Virus record (IMG/VR): IMGVR_UViG_3300024308_000018
Span: 165,747 to 229,746 of that record
Strand: one strand, 5' to 3'
DNA length: 64,000 nt
The notes below the pieces were generated by a model. The model had not been told where the DNA came from and searched no databases. It saw nothing but the letters and a program-made list of their open reading frames with translations. A program made the translations under genes and the position numbers. Below, piece after piece: positions 9,784 through 19,103 of this stretch; within the stretch, counting starts at the first letter, position 1, and each line of letters opens with the position of its first letter.

Positions 9784-11478
9784 ATGAACGTAGCTGGTAA
9801 TCTGAAACTGCTGGGCCAAGGCCAAATCAAGAACTTCCTGCCTGAAGTTCTGGCCGTCGACCCGTCCGGTGTCGAGCTGTTTGAAGGTCGCGGCTGGTGG
9901 AACTCTACCTCCAAGTCTCTGAAGTTCTACAACGGCACCGAAGTGATCACTCTGGCCGTCGGTGGCGACCTGAGCGACTACATCCGCGCCGACGGCACCG
10001 TTGCCATGACTGGCGATCTGCTGCTGTCCAGCACTGACCAATCCGGTTCCGACGCCAAGGCCGCCATCTCCAAAGGCTACGCCGAGACCCTGCTGCAAGC
10101 CAAGCAAAACACCGTAACTGGTGCTGCCTCCACCATCGTTGCTGCCGACCTGACCGCCAACAAAGCGGTGATCTCCGATGCACAAGGTAAAGTCGTGGCC
10201 GCTGCGGCGACCGCTGCTGAAATCGAACATCTGGCTGGCGTCACTGCTCCGATCCAAACTCAGATCGACGGCAAGCAAGCTGCGCTGGGCTTCACCCCGC
10301 TGAACAAGGCTGGTGACAACCTCGACGGCGACATCAACGCCAACGGTCACAAGATCTCTGGTCTGGGTGCTCCGGCTGCTCCGACTGATGCCGCTCGTCA
10401 GATCGACATCGACAACGCGCTGTCCGGCCTGAACTGGCAAGAAGACGTGAAGGGTGTGCAGGCTGATGCCACTCTGGATCCGGGTACTCCGGTGAAAGGT
10501 GATCGCTACATCATCACCGACTCCGCTGCTCTGCACGCTGGCTTCGGCACCATCGCTGGTGTTGGTAACGGCGACATCGTTGAGCACGACGGCACCGAGT
10601 TCGTTGTTGTGTTCGACGTGAGTGCTGAAGGCGAGAAAGCCAACGGTACTCTGGTGTGGGACAACGGCACCACTACCTACAAACGCTTCCTGTCCGGCGC
10701 ATGGGGTTCCTTCGGCGGCCTGAGCGACATCAACGCTGGTACTGGTCTGGAGCAGATCGGCAACACCATCAACGTCAAGATGGGTGCTGGTATCGTTGAG
10801 CTGCCGGAAGATGGCGTCGGTATCGACCTGCGCGCTGAATCCGGTCTGGCTCTGCTGGATGCTGGTGGTGCTGAATCCACCGCAGCCGATGCCAAGCTGA
10901 CCGTCAAGCTGGACGGCAACTCCCTGACCAAGGGCGCCAACGGTCTGAAGATCGCTGCCGCTGGTGTTGGCGCCGCTGAACTGGCTGCCGCTGCTCTGGG
11001 TAACGGTCTGGTTGGTGGTGAAGGTTCCGTCGTTACCGTGAAAGCCAAGGCCGCTGGTGGCGTTGTTGTTGACGCCGAGGGCGTGTCCGTGGACAACGCG
11101 GTGCTGGAACTGACCTTCCTGAAAGAGACTGGCGACACTGCCGCCGACCTGAAGGTTACCGCTGTCCCCGCTGCCGACACCGACGTCGTGCGCCTGCTGG
11201 AACTGAACGCCGCCAAGGCCGAAGCTACCGCTGCCGCCGAGACCGTGAACACTCGCCTGACCAACAGCGAGTACGTTTACAACGGTCTGGCCAACGTGCA
11301 AGCTACCCACACCATCACCCACGGCCTCAACAACGCGTACCCGCAAGTTGAAGTCATGGACGCCGACGGCGCTACCGTAATGGTAGACTCCATCGTGCGT
11401 GTAGACGCCAACACCGTAAGCGTAAGCGTTCTGCCTGCTTCCGGTATCCGTGTCGTAGTTCGCGGCAACAAGAACTGA
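9784..11478 (+). CDS. Highly expressed fibrous virion protein (head/tail fibre)
   Basis: GGAGAG RBS and strongly biased codons. Trimeric-fibre stalk motifs (GHKISGLGAPAAPTDAA), Gly/Ala-rich shaft repeats, and a strong downstream terminator. Confidence 0.7.
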   Translation: MNVAGNLKLLGQGQIKNFLPEVLAVDPSGVELFEGRGWWNSTSKSLKFYNGTEVITLAVGGDLSDYIRADGTVAMTGDLLLSSTDQSGSDAKAAISKGYAETLLQAKQNTVTGAASTIVAADLTANKAVISDAQGKVVAAAATAAEIEHLAGVTAPIQTQIDGKQAALGFTPLNKAGDNLDGDINANGHKISGLGAPAAPTDAARQIDIDNALSGLNWQEDVKGVQADATLDPGTPVKGDRYIITDSAALHAGFGTIAGVGNGDIVEHDGTEFVVVFDVSAEGEKANGTLVWDNGTTTYKRFLSGAWGSFGGLSDINAGTGLEQIGNTINVKMGAGIVELPEDGVGIDLRAESGLALLDAGGAESTAADAKLTVKLDGNSLTKGANGLKIAAAGVGAAELAAAALGNGLVGGEGSVVTVKAKAAGGVVVDAEGVSVDNAVLELTFLKETGDTAADLKVTAVPAADTDVVRLLELNAAKAEATAAAETVNTRLTNSEYVYNGLANVQATHTITHGLNNAYPQVEVMDADGATVMVDSIVRVDANTVSVSVLPASGIRVVVRGNKN

Positions 11479-11495
11479 TAGTTGACACGTCATGG

Positions 11496-11520
11496 AGGGG
11501 AGCGCAATGCTCCCCTTTTT
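11496..11520 (+). terminator. Rho-independent terminator
   Basis: AGGGGAGC-GCAAT-GCTCCCCT followed by TTTT. Confidence 0.85.
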
Positions 11521-11546
11521 AGTTTTCATTCTGCGGAGAAACGCAC

Positions 11547-12155
11547 ATGAAATGTCTAGGTAACGTTAACATGCTGGGGAACAAGATCCAGAGCATGTCC
11601 CTCGAAAACAAGAATGAGTATCCGGCCACCCCGACTATCGGATCTCTGGAACTCATTCAGAAGCGCCTGATGCTGTGCATCGACGTTGGCACGGACGCAC
11701 AAAATCCGCTGCCGATGTGGGTTCCGCAGTCCAGCGAAGTGCAGATGTTCCGCTTCAACCAGCCGACCAACTCCACCACGTGGCTGGTAGAACATGGCCT
11801 GAACAACTCCACTCCTGTGTTCCAGATTTACGACGCGAACGGCCACATCTTCACGCCGGACGAAGTTGTGATCGTGGATCCCGACACCATCTCCATCTCG
11901 CTGAACACTCCGATGATGGGCAGCGTTACCGTCCTGTCCGGCACCATGTATGGCTCGCCTGCGCTGTCCCCTGTAGTGACCCAGAAGTTCACCGCTGCCA
12001 CCACGTGGACGCTGGCGCACAACTTGGGTCGCATTCCCACTGTTCGCATCTACGTGAACGGCGCAGAAGTGCAGGCTCCGGTAACTGTCGACGCGAACAA
12101 CGTCAGCGTGGACTTCGGCACCAACTCAGTAGCTGGTACTCTGCTGCTGTTCTAA
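11547..12155 (+). CDS. Virion structural protein with two small beta-domain repeats
   Basis: N-terminus resembles that of the 9784 gene. Two W.[VL].H.L...P modules. Confidence 0.65.
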   Translation: MKCLGNVNMLGNKIQSMSLENKNEYPATPTIGSLELIQKRLMLCIDVGTDAQNPLPMWVPQSSEVQMFRFNQPTNSTTWLVEHGLNNSTPVFQIYDANGHIFTPDEVVIVDPDTISISLNTPMMGSVTVLSGTMYGSPALSPVVTQKFTAATTWTLAHNLGRIPTVRIYVNGAEVQAPVTVDANNVSVDFGTNSVAGTLLLF

Positions 12156-12164
12156 GGAGGCGCT

Positions 12165-12395
12165 ATGTCTTTTTCAATTCCGCGTGAGAAGACCCACCAC
12201 CAAACGGTTCCAGCCGCCGAGTGGGACATCTATCACGGTTTCGGTCGCGAGCCTGCGGTCGACGTATACATCCAGCTGACTGGATGGGCAACGCCGCGCA
12301 AAGCCCTGCCGGAAGAAGTGAAGATCGTGTCTGCTAACGAAGTGAAGATCACGTTCGCGGGAATCCCAACTGCTGGTACTGCGGTACTGCGCTAA
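12165..12395 (+). CDS. Stand-alone small beta-domain virion protein
   Basis: AAGGAGG RBS. Single HHQ...EWDIYHGFGREPAVDV module. Confidence 0.7.
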   Translation: MSFSIPREKTHHQTVPAAEWDIYHGFGREPAVDVYIQLTGWATPRKALPEEVKIVSANEVKITFAGIPTAGTAVLR

Positions 12396-12440
12396 TCAAA
12401 GTGTGGGGGCACGTCCCCCACCTTCTAAGGGACATGTACC

Positions 12441-12902
12441 ATGATGCTCAACGTAATAAATTTTGCTGCCCCGCTGTTCACGTACTCGGAAATCGCTACG
12501 GCGCACGCCGGACAGAACCCAGCGAACGGAATGTTCGACGGGTCGCTCGGCAACGTGACGTCTTCAGGTTCCGCATACGGGGCGGTAACACTCAACGCCA
12601 AATACGCTGGCTGGAAAGTTGTAGGTTTGCGTTACATCCGCCAGAACCACAACAACAGTGTGAAGGCCGACGCAGTTAAAGACGCGCGGATCGAGGTGTT
12701 GGGTGAGGATAACGTGTGGCGCGTTCACGCAACAGTGCGCTTCCCATACGGGGAATACAACTCGCTTATCAAGTTGGAGAACAACCCAATTGCTCCGATT
12801 CCAGTAAACAGCAAGCGTCAGTTCCGAATTGGCTCCATCAATACGTGGGGCGGAAGCACTGCCACTCACTGGTGCGAGTTCCAATTGGTTGTCGGCTACT
12901 AA
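12441..12902 (+). CDS. Discoidin/F5-8-like carbohydrate-binding virion protein
   Basis: Beta-sandwich pattern (VVGLRYIRQ...ARIEVLG..NVW...RQFRI...W....WCEFQL). Confidence 0.5.
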   Translation: MMLNVINFAAPLFTYSEIATAHAGQNPANGMFDGSLGNVTSSGSAYGAVTLNAKYAGWKVVGLRYIRQNHNNSVKADAVKDARIEVLGEDNVWRVHATVRFPYGEYNSLIKLENNPIAPIPVNSKRQFRIGSINTWGGSTATHWCEFQLVVGY

Positions 12903-12911
12903 GGAGAGTCC

Positions 12912-13502
12912 ATGATCATCTATGACCCTGCTCATGCTGCTCCCCTAGATGTCAGCCACAAGCTGACGGCACCACCAACGCAGCGCGTAGTGACTAACTC
13001 TGCGATTCCCGAGTCTGGTTTTCAACTCAACTGGATCAACGCGGATGGTGCGCCCGGCGCAGAAGGTCAGCTGTTCAACGTGCTCGGTGTCGATAAGATC
13101 CAGAGCCTGAAGGGTAGGCCGAACCTGTCGCTGTTCTTTGCGCCGCTCAACTTCAGCCGCCTGATTCACCCCGGCGAAAAGAAAGCGCTTCGTGTTTGGT
13201 GCGGTGGCGCAGGCGATGCAAGCGATAACGCGTTCATCCTGCGCCGCTTCATCTCCGAGAGTAACCGACCGCAGCTCAAATACGGCGATGCCGTTGACGC
13301 GTGGGGCTGGCAGTGGATGTACTTCGACTATGCTGCCAACGGTTACCTGAGATGGTGGGCGCAATACGGCGGCGACAGCTATGCAGGTTACCCCGGCGGG
13401 CCAGTCACGTTCGATTGTGCGACACGTCGAGCCTACCAACAATTCCAACTGGACTTGGGCCGCGATGGAACGGCACCACCCGCTGGTTGGGTCTGGGTGT
13501 AA
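12912..13502 (+). CDS. SPRY/ConA-like putative receptor-binding protein
   Basis: AAGGAG RBS. C-terminal LDLGRDGTAPPAGWVW motif is shared with the 17239, 17763 and 18314 genes. Confidence 0.5.
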   Translation: MIIYDPAHAAPLDVSHKLTAPPTQRVVTNSAIPESGFQLNWINADGAPGAEGQLFNVLGVDKIQSLKGRPNLSLFFAPLNFSRLIHPGEKKALRVWCGGAGDASDNAFILRRFISESNRPQLKYGDAVDAWGWQWMYFDYAANGYLRWWAQYGGDSYAGYPGGPVTFDCATRRAYQQFQLDLGRDGTAPPAGWVWV

Positions 13503-13511
13503 GGAGAGACA

Positions 13512-14237
13512 ATGCCTATTCTGAGTGGAACACCAATAGCGTGGAGCAAGGCGTTCGACGTTGAGCGCAGTGTGGATCTTTTCCTCGGCTGTGCAGCAAC
13601 CAGCGTTGCCGAGATGCTGAAGATTTCCCACAAGTGCGTCGGCACCACGAAGGCACCGGAGGATGCGACGACCCAACTGTGCTCCATCAAGTTTGGGAAC
13701 ATCAAGGCCATGCAGCAGATGCCCAATGGGTTCAGCGCAACGCAGAACACTGTGAGCGGCTACAACAACGGCGTCATTGACTCGATGCCTATTGCCATGC
13801 TGTTCAGTGGTGGGCTGATGCGAGGCCACAAGTCAATGACGTTGAATCTGACGTACACTGGCGGTCTCGCACTCACTACCTTGACGCCGAACCTGATGCC
13901 GGATCCTGACTCGGGTACGTACCCGAGCGGTGCAACTTATAAGGTTGTTGCCGATGGTGCTACCGTGGCTGAAGCCAGCTTCGTCCCGTCCGCCACTCCA
14001 CTCAACATTGCGGTGAACAAGACGGTAACGAACTTGGCTATCACGATCAGTATCGAGGACGGTGGCTGCCTGATGTGTAACTGGCTGCCGAACTCTGCGG
14101 TGTTGCAGAATGCGCCGTTCCCCTCTTTCGGCGTACTGCTGGATCCATGGGGTGGCAACTCCATCACACTGCCCGGTCTCACCATTGCCTACGGGGTATC
14201 GATCACTACGCTGCTCGTTACGCCAAACTTCGTGTGA
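13512..14237 (+). CDS. Hypothetical virion structural protein
   Basis: AAGGAGAG RBS, beta-rich 241-aa ORF within the operon. Confidence 0.6.
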   Translation: MPILSGTPIAWSKAFDVERSVDLFLGCAATSVAEMLKISHKCVGTTKAPEDATTQLCSIKFGNIKAMQQMPNGFSATQNTVSGYNNGVIDSMPIAMLFSGGLMRGHKSMTLNLTYTGGLALTTLTPNLMPDPDSGTYPSGATYKVVADGATVAEASFVPSATPLNIAVNKTVTNLAITISIEDGGCLMCNWLPNSAVLQNAPFPSFGVLLDPWGGNSITLPGLTIAYGVSITTLLVTPNFV

Positions 14238-14243
14238 GGACAT

Positions 14244-14888
14244 ATGATCGCAGATTACATGTTCAATAAGTTCACGGTTCCCGCAGGCTACCGACTGTGT
14301 GTCGTGCTCTCTTCGGGGCCGATGTCGTCAGGTGCGCTAGGGAACTTGACGGGGAAGACGCTTGCAGACATACGTGCACTGGGATCCACACTGGCGACTG
14401 CCGTTCCCAATGCTGACGTCGGTGCGTTTGGCTTTCGCATCGAGCGTAGTCAGACGTCGGCCTACGGACAGAAATATGTGCCAGCGTTTTCGGTTCCTAG
14501 CCAGTGCGTGTACTCGCCAGTCAAAAGCGGCACCGTCACTTACGTGATTCTCGTACTGCTCGATGGCAGCACTGCGGCGGCCAAGGTCGTGCGTTGTTAT
14601 CAATGCAGTGCCGGACTGACTGGCGCGGAAGCCAATCTGTCACGCGTTACCGTCAGTGCCGAGGACAAAGCGTTCACCGCCAAGCTGGAACTGACTGGGA
14701 TCCCCGGCCAGCAGATTGGGGCCCAAGAGAAAACTCTGCGTGCTGCTGCCGTCCCGATCCCGATTATGCTTCCTCGGTCGAGCGAAGATACGCTGCGGGT
14801 CAATCCCCAATCGCTGTCTAACATAGCTACCAGCGAACAGGTGACTAAGACCGTTACCGCGAGCGCAATATCAGTAGGGAACTTGTGA
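14244..14888 (+). CDS. Virion appendage protein (paralogue family with 15093 and 16115)
   Basis: GAGGA RBS. Shares the VVLSSGP and VTYVIL motifs of the family. Confidence 0.6.
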   Translation: MIADYMFNKFTVPAGYRLCVVLSSGPMSSGALGNLTGKTLADIRALGSTLATAVPNADVGAFGFRIERSQTSAYGQKYVPAFSVPSQCVYSPVKSGTVTYVILVLLDGSTAAAKVVRCYQCSAGLTGAEANLSRVTVSAEDKAFTAKLELTGIPGQQIGAQEKTLRAAAVPIPIMLPRSSEDTLRVNPQSLSNIATSEQVTKTVTASAISVGNL

Positions 14889-15088
14889 TGCTATTAAACA
14901 TAATGGTATGGATGCCTACGGTTAGAGATACCAGCCGCATACTTAGGCCCTCCGCAAAAGCACTGCCAATACTTCTATCAACCAAGATAGAGAGATCCTT
15001 GCACGGTGCGCCATCTGCTATACAAGCAGTACGCATCTCGCAATCTACCAGCGGCCAGCTACGCCCGTCCGCATCCACTGTGAGGTAA
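14885..15088 (+). CDS. Possible small coupled ORF, or the frameshifted tail of the 14244 gene
   Basis: GTGA/TGATG overlap with the upstream stop. The sequence resembles the C-terminal repeat of the upstream protein and fills the gap exactly. Confidence 0.35.
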   Translation: MMLLNIMVWMPTVRDTSRILRPSAKALPILLSTKIERSLHGAPSAIQAVRISQSTSGQLRPSASTVR

Positions 15089-15092
15089 TGTT

Positions 15093-15887
15093 ATGGAGCT
15101 TATGAAAGAGACCAGCTTGATACAGTCACTTGTCAACCAAGTGTTTATGATCTTGTTCATGGGAGGTACTCCGCCATCGAATGCGGCGGAGTTGAACGCT
15201 GCTGTGCGTATGTCAGATTTCACCGATATGTGGAACAAGAGCCTTGGCTGCGCGTATGCTGGGGCGTCAAAGAACGCGCCCGCTGGCAGCAGTGCAGAGT
15301 ACACAATGCTGCTTAGTCCAAGGGCAGGGTGCGGCCAGCTAAAGGGTGCGGCCAATCGTCTTGACGGTCTGTCTTTTGTAGGCACTGGTTACGCGGTAAC
15401 TCCGGACACCATAGCCCTCGAAACAGCGGCGGGCGTTCCGATTACAGACTCCGGATGGCTTGGGCTATTCGCAGCGAACGTGCTATGTCGCGTTCCAAAG
15501 GGGGATGGCTTTGGCGCTGCCTCACTTAGCCCGCGCCAAATCACGGAATTTACACCAGTCGGTTATTTGGTTGTAGGATTTAACACACCCAAGACCATAA
15601 CCGGGATCCAGTGCGAGCGTAATCCAGTAGGGTCAGCTTCCGCCTATGCGGTGGACTACTGGGACGGGTCTGGGTGGGTAGAGTGCGTGGCTACCAGAAG
15701 TTCCGCTCGGGGTTGGGTTGCCATTGCATCTCAGCCAGTCACTACCAAGATGCGAATCCGTGTTAGCGCTGGTGCTCTCCCAGCAGGATCCGAGATCACA
15801 GATAGTTTCGTATTCGGTGCGGTAGAAGCACCGGAAGTCCGTGCAGTCCCTGCGATTACTTGGGCCCCTAGTGGTGCCTATATGTAG
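15093..15887 (+). CDS. Virion appendage protein with a discoidin-like insert; appears frameshifted near its 3' end
   Basis: GAGGT RBS and family motif ILFMGGTPPS. Ends abnormally at ITWAPSGAYM. Confidence 0.65.
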   Translation: MELMKETSLIQSLVNQVFMILFMGGTPPSNAAELNAAVRMSDFTDMWNKSLGCAYAGASKNAPAGSSAEYTMLLSPRAGCGQLKGAANRLDGLSFVGTGYAVTPDTIALETAAGVPITDSGWLGLFAANVLCRVPKGDGFGAASLSPRQITEFTPVGYLVVGFNTPKTITGIQCERNPVGSASAYAVDYWDGSGWVECVATRSSARGWVAIASQPVTTKMRIRVSAGALPAGSEITDSFVFGAVEAPEVRAVPAITWAPSGAYM

Positions 15888-16101
15888 TCGTCCGTCGGCG
15901 CCCGGTGCTGCCTCACCATATCTCGCACTTATAACCGAGGGAAGCATCAAGCGCGGAGGCAGCGTGCCGCTGTATGCGCTGACTGCGGCTGGCCCCGGAG
16001 GTAATGCCGAGCTGATTTTGACAAAGGCTTCTGGGCTTCAATCCAACGACACTCCGCAAATAACTGGTGTCTATATCCAGCCCGGCAACCTAATAGAGTA
16101 A
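15868..16101 (+). pseudogene. +1-frame continuation of the 15093 gene
   Basis: Removing one base from GGGCCCC (15862-15868) gives ITWALVVP...GPGGNAELIL..., restoring the family TW[AG].[IL] motif. No RBS-supported start of its own. Confidence 0.55.
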
Positions 16102-16114
16102 AAGGACACGAACC

Positions 16115-16612
16115 ATGATTGTATCAAGTGCAATGCTGCTGGCTGAGCTGGTAAGCAACCGAACTCAGAACCCTACATGGGCCATGATTCTGGCCTCTGG
16201 CAATCGCCCTACTCCGACTCAGCTCAGGAGTCTTATTTACGGAGGGTATGGATTTTACGTATCGGATGGGACTTTCAGCAATCTGGTAACTGCGGTTGGT
16301 GGCAAGCAAGTCATTCGCTTCGTCAGCCTTAACCCTGTAACTACTGAACTCACTCCGCAGAAACTGACCTTCAAACTGAGTGAGGTTGTCGCTAAGGGCT
16401 CCAGCCTGCAAAACGATCCTCCCACTTGGGGGATCCTGTATTTCGACATGCGCTCAACAGGTGCTGCCGACTTCCAAGGATGGCGCGCAGTCTACTTCAC
16501 GGTCGGCGACGAGAACAGCAACGCTGACATGAAGATTCAGGGAGGCTTCATTCCGAAGGATAGTGAGTGGAAACCCAACGACATCACAATCAACTTCGCC
16601 GGACTGGCGTAA
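16115..16612 (+). CDS. Virion appendage protein (paralogue of 14244 and 15093)
   Basis: AAGGA RBS. Motifs PTWAMILASGNRPT and PTWGIL...GDENSNADMKI. Confidence 0.65.
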   Translation: MIVSSAMLLAELVSNRTQNPTWAMILASGNRPTPTQLRSLIYGGYGFYVSDGTFSNLVTAVGGKQVIRFVSLNPVTTELTPQKLTFKLSEVVAKGSSLQNDPPTWGILYFDMRSTGAADFQGWRAVYFTVGDENSNADMKIQGGFIPKDSEWKPNDITINFAGLA

Positions 16613-16628
16613 CTAAGAGGACGTACAG

Positions 16629-17180
16629 ATGAAAGCATTCGGTATCACTCTGCCTGAAGGCAGCAAGATCGAAACTGCACCGCTCGACAACAGCAAGCGC
16701 GGCACCGCATTCCCCTCCAATCCCCAGCATCTCGACATCTTCGAGATCATCGCAGGCGGCGCTACCCCAGTAGGCATCTATGCCTACAACCAACGCACCA
16801 CTCAGTGGGTGCTCAAGGAAACCGTGTCGTACCCCTACGACGTAGGCATGTCTATCGCGGGCAAGCCCGAAGCTAACAAGACCGTGGCAATGGCCATCCT
16901 CGTTCGCCCCACGATCCTGCCGAAAGATTTTGTCGGCAGCAGAGCAGCGTGCGACGTTCCGGCCACTGGTGCCGTGGCGTTCCCGATCAAGTTGAACGGC
17001 GTTCAGATCGGCTCAATCAACTTCGCGGCAGGCGCAGCGGTCGGCACCTTCAGCTACTCCCCGACCGCAAGCCTGCTGGTCGGTGCTGGTGACAAGTTGA
17101 CTATCAGCTCTCCGGTAACTGCGGACGCAACTCTGTCCTACGTAGCGGCAACCCTGATGGGCAGCCAGCTTTCCGCGTAA
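16629..17180 (+). CDS. Highly expressed virion structural protein
   Basis: GAGGA RBS, biased codons, Ig-like beta C-terminus, followed by a terminator. Confidence 0.65.
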   Translation: MKAFGITLPEGSKIETAPLDNSKRGTAFPSNPQHLDIFEIIAGGATPVGIYAYNQRTTQWVLKETVSYPYDVGMSIAGKPEANKTVAMAILVRPTILPKDFVGSRAACDVPATGAVAFPIKLNGVQIGSINFAAGAAVGTFSYSPTASLLVGAGDKLTISSPVTADATLSYVAATLMGSQLSA

Positions 17181-17195
17181 AGGCATCATGTAGAT

Positions 17196-17217
17196 GGGGG
17201 CTTAGTGCCCCCTTTTT
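17196..17217 (+). terminator. Rho-independent terminator
   Basis: GGGGGC-TTAGT-GCCCCC-TTTTT. Confidence 0.9.
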
Positions 17218-17238
17218 CAGATCTGCTCTGGGGGATCT

Positions 17239-17736
17239 ATGCTTCTATCAGTTCAAAGTTACCAAGCGCCTCGCGTGCTGTCGACCATTGACGTCAATAC
17301 AATTCAGGCAAACTTCAAGCTCGCTACTCCTGACCAGTATGCGCTGGATAAGGGTGGCACATTGCTGCGTAAAGTTGGCGGGGCGGCAGGCGATAGTCGT
17401 TCCTGTGAGGTGTTGGGTAAGCCGCGCCCCGGCAAGTTCTTCATGCGCGTCAAATTCAACGGCCCTAGCTACTCAGTTATCACGATCTCCAATGGCCTCG
17501 TCAGTCCGAACAACCAAGTTGCTTGGACAACGGGCTCGCTTGCCGCCAACGTGTGGCATGCAATCCGTATTGAGCACGTATCGGGCGACACCTACAAGTT
17601 TACGGTGAACAGTACCGTTCTTTATCAAGGCACAGCGAAGAACTTGACGTTCTATGGGCACAGCGCCGTTACGGAAATGGAATTCGACCTCGGCCAGTTG
17701 GGCACCGCTCTCCCCGCTGGGTTTGACTGGTATTGA
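17239..17736 (+). CDS. SPRY/ConA-like putative receptor-binding protein, tandem copy 1
   Basis: Motifs GKPRPGKFFMRVKF, WHAIRIE and FDLGQLG..LPAGFDW. Confidence 0.65.
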   Translation: MLLSVQSYQAPRVLSTIDVNTIQANFKLATPDQYALDKGGTLLRKVGGAAGDSRSCEVLGKPRPGKFFMRVKFNGPSYSVITISNGLVSPNNQVAWTTGSLAANVWHAIRIEHVSGDTYKFTVNSTVLYQGTAKNLTFYGHSAVTEMEFDLGQLGTALPAGFDWY

Positions 17737-17762
17737 TTCCACGTTCCGTCATAGGAGGATTT

Positions 17763-18248
17763 ATGTTTTTGAACGTCCCATCAATGGGGGCCACTCAAGC
17801 ACCCATCGGCTATGCGGTCGACCGCTCTTGGATCGTGAAGGGCACTGGCGGTAACCGCCCCGCTGCCGTGGAGGGTTACGACTTCACGCTCACCGAAAAC
17901 GATACGAAGCTCGTTGCCAAGATCAACCAGTATCTGGGGTTCCGCGTGCTGCCATCGCGGGTAGCCAAAGGCCGCAACCTTTACTTCCGCGTCTACTTCC
18001 CTTACAACATCCAGATTGCAGTATGGGGAGCAGGCAACGCGTTCTCACGTTGGTACTCTCCCGGCTGGCACACGGTTCAGTGCGAGTACATGCTGAATGG
18101 CACTTGCCGTTACACCATTGATGGTGGCGTGGTCTACACTGGCGCTATCATCGGGGCCCCAGATTTCTACGGAGTTGGTGTCGGCACCATCCTGTTCGAC
18201 ATCGGTAACCGTGGAGGCACGCTGCCTGCAAACTATGAGTGGTGGTAA
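17763..18248 (+). CDS. SPRY/ConA-like putative receptor-binding protein, tandem copy 2
   Basis: AGGAGGA RBS gives ATG 17763. Motifs LYFRVYF, WHTVQCE and FDIGNRG..LPANYEW. Confidence 0.65.
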   Translation: MFLNVPSMGATQAPIGYAVDRSWIVKGTGGNRPAAVEGYDFTLTENDTKLVAKINQYLGFRVLPSRVAKGRNLYFRVYFPYNIQIAVWGAGNAFSRWYSPGWHTVQCEYMLNGTCRYTIDGGVVYTGAIIGAPDFYGVGVGTILFDIGNRGGTLPANYEWW

Positions 18249-18313
18249 TCATGATCTTAGTCCCCGCGCACGTCACACCAGTGAACATGATCCACGAAGT
18301 AGAGGCCCCTGAA

Positions 18314-18808
18314 ATGCTGCTTACCGTTCAGAATGCTCGGATGCCGGATTACTCAGTGCTTGATCCAACTACCATAATGCGTAACTGGATCAACGAAGGG
18401 CCGACTGCAAAATCGCGCATCGGGGACTTCGGTAGATCGATCACCAACTTGGAGAAGACCACAACTCTCATGTGCTGCGCGGTAGGCAAGCCCCGCCTCG
18501 GCAAGTACATGATGCGTGTAAAGTTCACTGGGTCGGGAACGTACTACTGCGCGGTCGTTGCCCTTAGTTCGTACTCACTGGCGGGGCGCATTGCGTATAC
18601 CGACTACCTAGCGTTGAACACGTGGCATACGGTCAAAGTGGAAATGGGTGCTGACGGCTTGTGCAAAGTATACGTCAACAGTACGCTGACCTGCTCAAGC
18701 AAGCTAGTTAAGGATGTCGGGCTCTACGTGTTCAATAATATCGACAAGGTTGAGATAGATGCTGGACAGTTAGGAAGTCCGTTGCTGGATGGGTATGAGT
18801 GGCTGTAA
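18314..18808 (+). CDS. SPRY/ConA-like putative receptor-binding protein, tandem copy 3
   Basis: Start chosen by paralogy (MLLTVQ vs MLLSVQ) and an AGAGG RBS. Motifs GKPRLGKYMMRVKF, WHTVKVE and IDAGQLG..LLDGYEW. Confidence 0.65.
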   Translation: MLLTVQNARMPDYSVLDPTTIMRNWINEGPTAKSRIGDFGRSITNLEKTTTLMCCAVGKPRLGKYMMRVKFTGSGTYYCAVVALSSYSLAGRIAYTDYLALNTWHTVKVEMGADGLCKVYVNSTLTCSSKLVKDVGLYVFNNIDKVEIDAGQLGSPLLDGYEWL

Positions 18809-18851
18809 CCGCCCACGGTAATTTAGGGTGTCCACCAATAGGAGATAGGGA

Positions 18852-19103
18852 ATGCAAGTAGCGAAACGTCATCAAACTTCTGGGATGCGCGCGGTGTGTG
18901 CCCAGATCATGCAGAGCGTGTCGGAAGACCAGCAGCAATCTCCAAAGCAGCTGGCCTACGACAAGTTGTTCCGTGACAAGTGCGCGGAGAACAAGGTGAA
19001 TCACCCGTTCGAACTCGGCGAACCTAACGCGATCAAAAAGTTCTTCTCTGAGCTTCAGATAGCGTGGGCTGAGTACAAAGACAAGCACGATATGGTTGAC
19101 TAA
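18852..19103 (+). CDS. Hypothetical protein heading the lysis cassette
   Basis: AGGAG RBS, 83 aa. Confidence 0.6.
   Translation: MQVAKRHQTSGMRAVCAQIMQSVSEDQQQSPKQLAYDKLFRDKCAENKVNHPFELGEPNAIKKFFSELQIAWAEYKDKHDMVD

Noticed and set aside
9754-11529. 591-aa antisense ORF
   Set aside because: Shadow of the strongly codon-biased 9784 gene. No RBS and no recognisable domain.
17239-18808. Diversity-generating retroelement or shufflon acting on the lectin genes
   Set aside because: No reverse transcriptase, invertase, TR/VR pair with A-specific mismatches, or crossover repeats were seen in the window.
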